From the NCBI RefSeq assembly GCF_006345805.1, contig NW_021827110.1, forward strand, positions 1-11,035: a stretch of DNA of 11,035 nucleotides. Direction: 5' to 3'. Position 1 is the stretch's first letter. Each line of letters starts with the position of its first letter. Below, piece by piece: positions 1 through 9,190 of this stretch. Below the pieces are notes generated by a model, which was not told the DNA's origin, did no database searches, and saw nothing but the letters and a program-made list of their open reading frames with translations. The translations under genes and the position numbers were made by a program. This DNA comes from Octopus sinensis. Lineage: Eukaryota.

Positions 1-214
1 TTCTGTTTCTCATTGTCGACCCATGTCGAATATCGATCTTTTTCTGAACTGGGGGAACTTTTCAAAATTTCGCATGCGTTATTTTTGAATTATGACATTG
101 GGCTATGTGTGTGTCAAGTTTCATCAGACTCGGTTGAAAGCCGTGGTCAGAGTTAGGGTACAAGCACATACACACAGAAACATCGCACAGACAACTGCCG
201 TTTATATAGAGAGA

Positions 215-216
<2 letters not shown>
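1..216 (+). mobile_element. Putative 3' end of a non-autonomous Helentron/HINE (DINE-1/Lep1-like) element
   Basis: AAGTTTCATCAGACTCGG (117-133) runs into a small hairpin CGGTT-GAA-AGCCG (131-143), then an ACA/CAGA-rich stretch ending CCGTTTATATAGAGAG. This order matches my recollection of HINE/DINE-1/Lep1 3' ends. The 5' part lies outside the window, so the call rests on motif resemblance. Confidence 0.45.
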
Positions 217-254
<38 letters not shown>

Positions 255-348
255 TATATAATATATGCATATATATATATACATATATATACATACATAC
301 ATACATACATATATACATATGTATACATATATATACATATATATATAT

Positions 349-394
<46 letters not shown>
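217..394. repeat. Compound (TA)n/(TACA)n/(CA)n microsatellite
   Basis: Directly visible; it explains ORFs 62..412, 92..448, 153..386 and 202..399. Confidence 0.97.
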
Positions 395-395
<1 letters not shown>

Positions 396-404
396 ACAAT
401 TTGA

Positions 405-695
405 AGGTGCATGGATCAGTGATTAGAGCGTCGGGCTTTCAATCTTAAGGTTGGGAGTTCGATACCCGGACCTGGCTGTGTATTGTGTTCTCGACACCTT
501 ATTTCGTGTTGCTCCAGTTCACTCAACTGTAGAACTGAGTTACGAATTCACTGATGCCAGACTGTATTGGTAGGCTGCTACGCATGTGTGACTACTGCTC
601 TTTCACAAACAAGCTTGTCCGGACTTGTGCCTCGAAAGGGAACTTTCTCGGGGCAATTGCATGGTCATTCGTAACCGAAAAGGGTCTTTACTCTT
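405..695 (+). mobile_element. tRNA-derived SINE with CORE-like central domain
   Basis: Pol III A box-like TGGATCAGTGATT (412-424) and B box GAGTTCGATACC (455-466) at tRNA spacing. These are followed by TTGTGTTCTCGACACCTTATTTCGTGTTGCTCCAGTTCACTCAACTGTAGAA, which resembles a CORE-SINE core. No 3' acceptor stem or T-run terminator, so it is not a tRNA gene. The 3' end is approximate. Confidence 0.8.
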
Positions 696-699
696 AGTA

Positions 700-861
700 T
701 AACGATATCAGCAAGACTATCGGATGTTTTATACATCACTAGCCACAATATGCTTCTTGTGTTAGCTTACGAGTGATGCCACACTGCCGGCCATGTAAGC
801 AGGCCGACCATTCCACACCATCTCGATCGACAGGTTATTCCCCAGCTGGCTTAGATCATTA
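700..861 (-). mobile_element. 3' portion of a minus-strand SINE interrupted by the mariner
   Basis: Non-simple sequence abutting the left TA duplication; the right flank of the mariner (2141-2196) is a reverse SINE core. The tail resembles a cephalopod SINE tail I recall; not verified. Confidence 0.5.
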
Positions 862-863
862 TA

Positions 864-2138
864 TTAGGTCAAGTATGAAGTTTGTAGTAAGGTATATGGC
901 AAACTTTGACAGCTGCTCATTTTGCACTTTTATTATATTTTGACGATCTTTATATTTTGTTAGAAAGCTTACACATCTATTTCTTTATTCTAACTCATTT
1001 TGCGCTTTATAAAATATTTATAAATCGATTTTTGCTATTTTTGTTTAGAGATGGATAAGTTGGAAATTCGTACAGTTTTGAAATATGAGTTCTTTCTTGG
1101 AAATACAGCATCACAGACAGCTCGGAATATTAACGGAAAATTCATTTTATTCTAATGTTATTACACAGCAAACAGTATCAAATTGGTTTGCAAAATTTCG
1201 TTCTGGTAACTTTGACCTCACAAATGAGCAACGCGGTCGACCCGAAACAAAGGTGGATAAAGACAAACTGAAAGCGACCGTCGAGTCAGATCCATCTCAA
1301 AGTGAATTATCGTTGTTGTTTGGTGTTAGCAAGCAAACAATATTGACTCACCTAGTTCAAATCGGTAAAGTGAAAAATTTGGATAAGTAGGTTCCACATG
1401 AATTCAATGAAAATCAAAAACAGAACGTTTAGAAGCCTGCATTATGCTACTTCTCGTCACAAAAATGAATAATTTTTGTATCGAATTGTAACATGTGATG
1501 AGAAATGGATCCAATACAACAATCGTAAACGTTCAGCACAATGGTTGGACAAAGATGACCCACCAAAACACAGCCCAAAAAGCAAAATTCATTAAAAGAA
1601 GCTGATGGTGTGTGTTTGGTGGTTTGGCGCATGTGAGATCCATTATGATTTCATTAAACATGGCTCATCAATTACGGCCGAAGTATACTGCAGCCAACTG
1701 GACCAAATGATGCAGAAACTTACAAAAAAGCCAGCCTAGATTAGTCAACAGACCCACTCCTATTTTATTGCAAGACAATGCTAGACCACACATCGCAAAT
1801 ATAACATTGGCGAAACTACAGGAGTTGGAGTTGGAAGTTCTCCATCATCCACCATACTCACCTGATCTTGCCCCCACTGACTACCACTTCTTCCAGAATT
1901 TGGATAACTTTTTGATAGGAAAAAATTAAATTCTGGCAATGTTGTAAAACAGGCTTTCCAAGATTTTATTGATTCTTGATGGCCAAGCTTTTACAGTGCT
2001 GGACAAGCTACCGCTGAAATGGCAAAAATGTATTGAAAATATGGGTGAAAACTTTGATGAATAAAACTATTCCTTGTATTTATATAACATTAGCAAACAT
2101 TGTTTTCTTTTCTAAAAATTTCATAGTTGACGACTTAG
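864..2138 (+). mobile_element. Full-length (1275 bp) mariner DNA transposon, defective
   Basis: Left TIR TTAGGTCAAGTATGAAGTTTGTAG (864-887) matches the reverse complement of the right TIR, CTAAGTCGTCAACTATGAAATTTTTAG (2112-2138), with a 3-bp indel and a few mismatches. TA duplications at 862-863 and 2139-2140. Length is typical of mariners and it encloses a transposase pseudogene. Confidence 0.93.
1051..2064 (+). pseudogene. Mariner DD34D transposase pseudogene (Hsmar1/cecropia-like, subfamily tentative)
   Basis: Reconstructed across frameshifts: MDKLEIRTVLKYEF..., WFAKFRSGNFDL..RGRP, DK*VPHE (WVPHEL motif, TAG at 1388-1390), RIVTCDEKW (D at 1497), LLQDNARPH (D at 1774), HPPYSPDLAPTDYHFF (D at 1879), ...KWQKCIENMGENFDE* (stop ends 2064). 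There are 34 residues between the second and third D. Several frameshifts and stops. Confidence 0.95.
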
Positions 2139-2140
2139 TA

Positions 2141-2196
2141 GGCTGAGTGGACTGGAGAAACGCTAAATGAAGTTTTTGCTCAAGAACAAAACACAT
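2141..2196 (-). mobile_element. CORE-like SINE core fragment (right flank of the mariner)
   Basis: Its reverse complement ATGTGTTTTGTTCTTGAGCAAAAACTTCATTTAGCGTTTCTCCAGTCCACTCAGCC aligns with the + SINE core at ~476-528. The tRNA head is missing. Confidence 0.75.
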
Positions 2197-2241
2197 CAGC
2201 ATGGCCGTAGACAAATGACTAAAACAAAAGAATAAAAGAAT
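2197..2241 (+). mobile_element. Possible isolated 3' tail of another SINE
   Basis: CAGCATGGCCGTAGACAAATGACTAAAACAAAAGAATAAAAGAAT ends in an (AAAAGAAT)2 tail and resembles a cephalopod SINE 3' end I recall. Too short to be sure. Confidence 0.35.
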
Positions 2242-2265
2242 GTATGTGTTTGGGTATGTGTGTGA

Positions 2266-2266
<1 letters not shown>

Positions 2267-2348
<82 letters not shown>

Positions 2349-2356
2349 ATCTATCT
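2267..2356. repeat. (ATCT)n microsatellite
   Basis: Directly visible. Confidence 0.97.
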
Positions 2357-2699
2357 CTCTATTCTTTGTCTGTTTCATTCTTGTAGATACGTTGATTTGC
2401 TCACTCATGTATTTATTAATTCATTCTTTTTGTTTTCAATTTTCGCATTTTAACAATATCACACACACTCACACGACTAAATATCTCACACTGCAATGGC
2501 GGTCGTCTGCTTAGTTTTCCTATTTGCATTTTTTTTCTTGTCCACCATCTTTACTCATTCCATTCCTGTCTTGGACCACTCAACTAACAATAATCTTTTC
2601 CCCTTTGTTTTCTTCAGCTTTTATTTCTTTATTCCACATTTCATTATGCGTTCCTAGACCCGTCTTCTGTCTCTCTTCGCAAACTCTCACAAATTTTCT

Positions 2700-2800
2700 T
2701 TAATCCCTCTCTTTTTCTTTCTTCTCTCTATCTCCCCTTCTCTCTCTCTTGTCTCTCTCTCTCCTTCTCTAACTCTCCCTCTCTTTCTCGATTATTCTCT
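2700..2800. repeat. CT-rich low-complexity pyrimidine tract
   Basis: Degenerate (CT)n. Confidence 0.8.
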
Positions 2801-2886
2801 TGCTTTACTTTCTGATATCTTTTAATCTTATTTCTACGTTTGTTTCGTTAAATCATCTGCTTCACTTACCAGAGATAAGGTCATTA

Positions 2887-2970
<84 letters not shown>

Positions 2971-2989
2971 GTCTGTCTGTCTGTATGTA

Positions 2990-3040
<51 letters not shown>

Positions 3041-3051
3041 GTCTGTCTCTC

Positions 3052-3092
<41 letters not shown>

Positions 3093-3280
3093 ATATATAT
3101 ATGTATATGTATATACACATAAATACTTGGATACATATCCACACATTATACACATACACGTGTGTATGTGTGTGCATATATGTTGTATATAATAGAAATC
3201 TATGTGAGTATCATATCTATGTAGGTCTGTATATGTGTGTGTGTGTATATGTGTGTGAGTGTGTGTGTGTGTGTATGTAT
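2887..3280. repeat. Compound microsatellite (ATCT)n-(GTCT)n-(CT)n-(TA)n followed by degenerate (TA/GT)n
   Basis: Directly visible; explains the ORFs between 2800 and 3311. Confidence 0.95.
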
Positions 3281-3563
3281 TGATGGGGACAGATAGAAAG
3301 AGATTCAGCATGCAAGGTATCAGTTACACACACACTTCCCATTGGACGTGTTTCCGTTCTACCTGTGTTTAATGCTTTATCAACTCATCTACAATGACAC
3401 GATCTCACTCACCGTTATTTCACGTATTAATCATCATCATCATAATCGTCATAGTTGCCGACAGATTACTTTTATGCTCTGTGCCTTTCATACTTTGTTT
3501 TTTTTTTAGAATAAACCTTCTATAAGAAAATTGTAAACGGATATACTAATGAATATTTCTTTA

Positions 3564-3698
3564 TAATGATGATGATGACGATAACGATGATGAAGATGAT
3601 AATAAAAATAATAATGGTGATGATGATAATTTAGAAAAAAGTGTCTGTAATTTTTATTTTATTTATATTTATTTATATTTATTTATTTATTCATTTAT
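3564..3698. repeat. Degenerate (GAT/AAT)n and (TTTA)n tracts
   Basis: Directly visible. Confidence 0.8.
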
Positions 3699-3825
3699 TG
3701 CTTGTAACTGCTGTGACCTTTTCAACCCCTGACGAACATAGATTCAAGAGTGAAAGAGCGAGCCTCTTCTTCGTATTCATAGCTATCATTACTTTTGACA
3801 ATTCACTTCCTGTTCTCTCTGTGTT

Positions 3826-3912
3826 TGTATGTATGTATGTATGTATGTATGTATGTATGTATGTATGTATGTATGTATGTATGTATGTATGTATGTATGT
3901 ATGTATGTATGT
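3826..3912. repeat. (TGTA)n microsatellite
   Basis: Near-perfect tetranucleotide array. Confidence 0.97.
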
Positions 3913-4161
3913 GTTTGTGTGTTAGAAATCCACGAGACATTTCTTTGCCAATCGAACTGCATGACTCACCCCGACCGCCTTACCACTTCCTCTCTGCATC
4001 CATCAAGAGGCTTCACTCTGCCAATTCCTATGAATACCAATCGATGATCATGACTTCCTCTCATGTACTCGATTAACCATCGAGATACTCAAACATAATC
4101 AAGCAAATTAAACAGGTAGGTTCCATGTCAAGATGGCGACTAAACCAATACTAGTATCTCC

Positions 4162-4365
4162 GTTGCTATTTGTTGTTGGTATTTTTGATGTTGATCCCGT
4201 GCTGTTGCAATTGGTGCTGCTGTTGATGATGATGTGGTTAGTGATGTTGATGTTGTGAATTTTTGTCGTTGATGTTGTTCGGGATGTTGTTTACGTCGTT
4301 ATTGATATTTGCTGTTCGTATTGTTGCTGTTGTTGTTGTTAGTGCTGGCGTAGTTGTGATGGGTT
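4162..4365. repeat. Degenerate (GTT/GAT/GCT)n trinucleotide tract
   Basis: Directly visible. Confidence 0.8.
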
Positions 4366-4443
4366 TTGGAGTCACATCACTTCGACGCACCCAACAGAAA
4401 CTGTACTGTCACAAGCATTATTTTGCTGAATTCATTATATTGG

Positions 4444-4501
<58 letters not shown>

Positions 4502-4529
4502 TATAATAATGATAATAATGATGATGATG

Positions 4530-4586
<57 letters not shown>
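4444..4586. repeat. (TAA)n array with TGA variants, 5' flank of the RLE LINE
   Basis: Directly visible. Confidence 0.97.
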
Positions 4587-4589
4587 TAA

Positions 4590-6035
4590 AATAATTAAAA
4601 AAATAAGAAAGGAATACTATAGGAGAATAAGGCTTGTACTGAAGACTGAACTCAACTCCAAAAATTGCATTGAGGCCATTAACACCATGGCACTTCCAGT
4701 AGTCCAGTACAGTTTTAACATCATTAACTGGAACCTCACGGAACTCCAACGCTTGGACAGGAAGACAAGAAAGTTACTGACATCCAAGAGCATGCACCAC
4801 CCTAAGGCAGATGTAGACCGCTTGTACCTACCTAGAAGCAGCGGGGGGAGAGGAATGATGCAATTAGAGCTGTGCTATAAGACCTCTACTGTAGGAATGA
4901 ACAGGTACCTATCTAGTACAAAGGACTGGATGCTGCGACTAGTGTGCGAACACGAAAGCAGCAAAAAGCTGCATTCTATTGTCAAGGAAGTTTATAAGTT
5001 CGAAAGGGAACTAGACATTAACCTTGAATCAGATGAAGAGCCGGAAACCACTGCTACCAAGCAAGCAAAGCGAATCAAGCAGACTGCAAAAAAGAACGGG
5101 CAGAATCAAATTGAGAGGCGGTGGAGCCAGAAGCCCCTGCATGGACAATATATTCTCCGAAGCCAAAATGCTGATGTAGACCAAGCAACAACCCATCAGT
5201 GGCTGAAGAGCTCTGGATTGAAAGCATAGACTGAAGGTTTCATAATGGCAGCACAAGATCAAAGCTTGTTTACCAGAAATTACCAGGCTAACGTTCTCCG
5301 AAACGGTACTGACCCTAAATGCAGATTCTGCGACACATTTGACGAAACGATAGACCATCTCGTTTCGGGATGTCCTGTGCTGACACCAAACGAATACAAA
5401 AATCGCCACGATAGGGTAGGACAGTATATACATTGGAAGATATGTAAACACTACAAATCCGACACTCCTGCTAACTGGTATGAACACCATCCTCAGCCAG
5501 TTGTTGAAGGTAAAGATGTCACCCTCTGGGATTTTCCAGTCAACACTGACAGAACGATCAAGGCTAATCGACCAGACACAATTGTTAAAGACAGGGAAGA
5601 AAATACCTGCAGACTAATAGAAGTAAGCGTCCCCACTGATAAAAATGTATCTGTCAAGGAATTTGACAAACTTAGTAAATATAAGGACCTGGAAATCGAA
5701 ATACAGAGGATGTGGAATCTTAAAACAAAAACTGTTCCTGTTATTGTAGGTGCCCTAGGCATGATAAAAAAGGGATGTCAGAAACACCTAGACAATATCC
5801 CTGGAAAACCATGTCTCAAGGAAATCCAAAAGATTGTGCTAACAAGTACTGCCCACATCCTTAGAAAACCCTATCAATGTAAATGTTTGTGTTTGCATTA
5901 CATGGAGATATTTCTCTACTTCCCCTCCCCAAGCTTTCAGCTATATTTCAACAACTCTTAACCTTCACTTGCCCTAGGCGCTGGGTGTGCCCCGGCAGGT
6001 GATTGCATCAAACATGCAGATTAAAAGTAAATGAC
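4590..6035 (+). mobile_element. 5'-truncated R4/Dong-like non-LTR retrotransposon (restriction-like endonuclease type)
   Basis: Post-RT region, CCHC knuckle and RLE domain, then a ~150-nt 3' UTR ending ...AAATGAC directly into (AAT)n. It is flanked by TAA arrays on both sides; Dong-group elements are known to target TAA repeats. Confidence 0.9.
4597..5882 (+). pseudogene. C-terminal part of RLE-LINE polyprotein (RT thumb/linker, CCHC zinc knuckle, PD-(D/E)xK endonuclease)
   Basis: One frame from KIRKEYYRRIRLVLKTELNSKN through RLYLPRSSGGRG, then CRFCDTFDETIDHLVSGC (C-x2-C-x8-H-x4-C, 5320-5373), RHDRVG, RPDTIV...LIEVSVP and KLSKYKDL. ORFs 4687..5229 and 5245..5961 share a frame and are split by one TAG (5227-5229, probably GAG). 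A probable 1-nt deletion near 5865 bypasses the natural end LRKTLSM* (TAA 5880-5882). Confidence 0.92.
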
Positions 6036-6123
6036 AATAATAATAATAATAATAATAATATGATAATAATGATAATATAATAATAATAAATAAAAATAAT
6101 AATATAATATAATAATAAAATAA
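6036..6123. repeat. (TAA)n array, LINE tail or target site
   Basis: Directly visible, partly degenerate. Confidence 0.95.
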
Positions 6124-6632
6124 TACTGATTGGAAGTGTTATCATGTACATTGTTTTGTCTTGGTATAAAAGATGGGCTACAGCAAATATTCTGCTCAAT
6201 ACCACATATTTTCTTGTCAGTTGTTTGACCTTAACCAGTTGAGCATGTCCCTTAGTGGCTGATGATATGTGCATCTCTGATCACGAGCAGAAGTAGTGGG
6301 GGAGCGTCATAGCCATGTGTTGAGAGGGATTCTTTGGGCTTTGAATAATTCACCTCTGGAAACATGGGTGTTCCGTTCAACATCCTTAAAAAATCCTTAT
6401 TCAGGGACCTTTTGAGCAGGATGAGTTACTCGACCGGAAGAAAATTCTAAGTGGGCCCCAACTGCAAGGTCATGTGCTGTTTATCTTGATATGCGATGAC
6501 CATGTCACGCACATATGGTTGTGATGCATGTGCCTAGTGTATCATTATCAAACGAGTAGTCATGATGGGTATACTGGGCTTTGTATATTTTACCCCAGTG
6601 TCACTTTGATGGCATGCACTGCTCTCTCACTC
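6124..6632 (+). mobile_element. ~510-bp non-coding interspersed element bounded by (TAA)n, probable non-autonomous retroelement
   Basis: Complex sequence with sharp boundaries into TAA arrays at both ends; it ends CTCTCTCACTC followed by a pure (AAT)n. No credible ORF and no Pol III boxes. It resembles an abundant octopus repeat I recall. Strand inferred from the tail. Confidence 0.65.

Positions 6633-6702
<70 letters not shown>
6633..6702. repeat. Perfect (AAT)n array
   Basis: Directly visible. Confidence 0.98.
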
Positions 6703-6706
6703 GTGT

Positions 6707-7243
6707 TGATGATGAAGATGATGAGGAAGAAAATGGTGTTCACGACGAGGATAATGAAGATTACTGCGATGGTTATGATAATTTTGCATGTAGTGTTGTT
6801 GGTAATGAAGATGACGATGATTATGGAAATGATGACGTTGATGATGATGAGGAGGAGGAGGAGGATGAGGATGGAGAAGAAGAAGAAGAAGAAGAAGAAG
6901 AAGAAGAAGAAGAAGAAGAAGATGATGAGGATGAGGATGATGGTGGCGATGATGGTCACGATGAAGACGATGTTGTTGTTGATGTTGCTGCTGATGATGA
7001 TGGTGATGACGATAATGATGAAGATGATGATGATAATGATGATGATGATTATGATGATGATGATGATGATGACAATGAAGATGATGATGATGATGATGAC
7101 GATTATGATGATGATGGAGTTGATTCAGCTACATCTATAGAATATTTTAGTAACTATATTTGTTAGTATCACAATATTTAGGTGGATGGTGCATACTGTT
7201 TTAAAAGATGTTCCTGATAATGATGATGATGATGATGATGATG

Positions 7244-7295
<52 letters not shown>

Positions 7296-7303
7296 AATGA
7301 TGA
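6707..7303. repeat. Compound (GAT/GAG/GAA/GAC)n tracts (6707-7116 and 7216-7303)
   Basis: Directly visible; source of the poly-D/E, poly-M and poly-I ORFs. Confidence 0.93.
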
Positions 7304-7483
7304 GGATTGCGAAGACAACAAAAAAAAACAAGAGTAGGTTTTGTTGGTGACGAGGAATAATGGGAAGTTAATGTGAGTTTATGTATTTATCAATATACTC
7401 ATTTTCCAAGTTGACATCTGCACACGTGGTTCAAAGTATCAACATCAACCCCACCCTGATCTTGAGAAACTGGTTGTCATCTG

Positions 7484-7534
7484 TCATCATCATCATCATC
7501 ATTAATATCATCATCATCATGAATATCATCATCA

Positions 7535-7591
<57 letters not shown>

Positions 7592-7678
7592 CCACCACCA
7601 TCATCGTCATCATCATCATCATCATCATCATCTTCATTGTCGTCGTCGTAACCGTCGTCACCACCACCATCATCATCA

Positions 7679-7709
<31 letters not shown>

Positions 7710-7860
7710 CAACGCCGTCGTTGTCATCGTCGTCATCGTCGTCGTCACTACCGCCTTCGCAGGCACTGCCTTCTTCATTGTTGTTATCGTCATCACCGTG
7801 GTTATCGTTACTGTCGTTGTTGTCGTCGTTGATGTCGTTGTCATCATCCTCATCTTCATT
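7484..7860. repeat. Compound (CAT/CGT/CAC)n tract
   Basis: Directly visible; reverse-complement orientation of the flanking GAT tracts. Confidence 0.93.
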
Positions 7861-7934
7861 GGATGACCATACAGAATCATCGTCTGGAGATAATATTTAT
7901 TCATGATGATAGTCACGGTAATGAGAGTGAGGGC

Positions 7935-7935
<1 letters not shown>

Positions 7936-7979
<44 letters not shown>

Positions 7980-8067
7980 CGATGATGATGATGATGATGA
8001 TGGTGATGGTGATGGTGATGACGATGATGATGATGATGTTGATGGTAGTGATGATGATGGTGATGAT
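7936..8067. repeat. (GAT/GGT)n tract
   Basis: Directly visible. Confidence 0.95.
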
Positions 8068-8386
8068 AAGGAGAACAAGGGTTCCGAGGTGGAGGAGGAG
8101 GAAAGTGAAAGGAGAGGAGTCTGAGAAGCAAGACATTTAATGGCAGTAACAGTCGGCAGTCGGTAATGGGTGTAAGAGGAACCCAGAAGAGACTTGGTAA
8201 GGAGGAGAGAGGACGAGTAAGTGAAGATGGTGAAGTAAAATGAAGTGGTAAATGGCGTGAGGTTAAGGTGAGGATAACTACATGGGTTAGTGTGGAGGAA
8301 GAGATGATGCAGGGTGCGTGAATGTGGGGTAGGTTGAGCGAAAGTGGGAGGTAGTGTGAGTGAATGCATTAAAGTATGTTGGACAT

Positions 8387-8525
8387 GATGGATGGATGGA
8401 TGGTTAATGCATACATATTCGTATATACATAGCTGCATCTATGTATGTATATATGTATGTGTATGTATGTGTGTGTATATATATCTATGTGTACGTATAT
8501 ATGTATATGTCTATCTATATATAAA

Positions 8526-8577
<52 letters not shown>
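8387..8577. repeat. Compound (GGAT)/(TA,TG)/(CT)/(TA)n microsatellite
   Basis: Directly visible; abuts the 3' end of the minus-strand SINE. Confidence 0.9.
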
Positions 8578-8580
<3 letters not shown>

Positions 8581-8803
8581 CTTTATTGCCCACAAGGGGC
8601 TAAACATAGAGGGGACAAACAAAGACAGACAGAGTGATGAAGTCGATTACATCGACCCCAGTGCGTAACTGGTACTTTATTTATCGACCCAGAAAGGATG
8701 AAAGGCAAAGTCGACCTCGGTGGAATTTGAACTCAGAACGTAACAGCAGACGAAATACCGCCAAGCATTTCGACCGGCGCGCTAACGTTTCTACCAGCTC
8801 GCC
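8578..8803 (-). mobile_element. Full-length tRNA-derived SINE with Meta-like central domain
   Basis: The minus strand begins GGCGAGCTGGTAGAAACGTTAG (A box-like) and has B box GAGTTCAAATTCC (8722-8734). Then AGGTCGACTTTGCCTTTCATCCTTTCTGGGTCGATAAATAAAGTACCAG, which resembles the MetaSINE domain, and it ends GCCCCTTGTGGGCAATAAAGAAA into (TA)n. Confidence 0.88.
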
Positions 8804-9034
8804 AGACACACACACACGCGTGTGTTTATAGTCAATAGGCCCCATAAAAGTTTGAGTATCATTTATGATATTCATAGTTTTAAATTTATTCCTCGTTGAT
8901 AAATAAATTGAAAACAATTCACAAGTCGTTTGATAAAATGACTTGAATACTGGCATTGTTAACAATTTGAATTTCTATTTTAAATTGTCTTAATTAAACG
9001 TATTAGTGAATGGGACACTAATATTACATCACCC

Positions 9035-9081
<47 letters not shown>

Positions 9082-9190
9082 ACATGTATATATATATATG
9101 AATATATGTATATATATGTATATATATATATATGTGTATTATATATATATATATATATATATGAATGTGTGTATGTACGTATGTGCATAT
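9035..9190. repeat. (TA)n/(TATG)n microsatellite
   Basis: Directly visible. Confidence 0.95.

Noticed and set aside
405-476. Possible tRNA gene
   Set aside because: A and B boxes are present but the cloverleaf is poor, and the sequence continues into a SINE core without a terminator.
3725-3772. Hammerhead ribozyme-like core CTGACGA (3729-3735) ... GAAA (3752-3755) followed by a short stem
   Set aside because: Stem II has only about 2 bp and stem I has no complement in either topology tried. At best a decayed relic; an Infernal search would settle it.
3926-4115. Possible host exon bounded by TTAG and CAG/GTAGGT
   Set aside because: Stops occur in all three + frames, and minus-strand alternatives give short unrecognisable peptides. 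A non-coding exon cannot be excluded without RNA-seq.
62-4589. Short YI/CV/SIYL/CMYV/poly-I ORFs (all except the mariner-derived ones)
   Set aside because: Microsatellite artefacts.
5029-5762. Minus-strand ORFs of 153 and 89 aa
   Set aside because: Antisense shadows of the LINE reading frame.
8068-8386. Purine/G-rich tract as possible exon or G-quadruplex
   Set aside because: No recognisable peptide and no four closely spaced GGG runs.
6528-8438. Long ORFs (212, 145, 161 and 335 aa) with poly-N/D/E/M/I/S/H tracts
   Set aside because: They are translations of trinucleotide repeats open in several frames on both strands, with no domain content.
9001-9023. 8-bp hairpin TATTAGTG-AATGGGA-CACTAATA
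   Set aside because: Short and AT-rich; plausible by chance.
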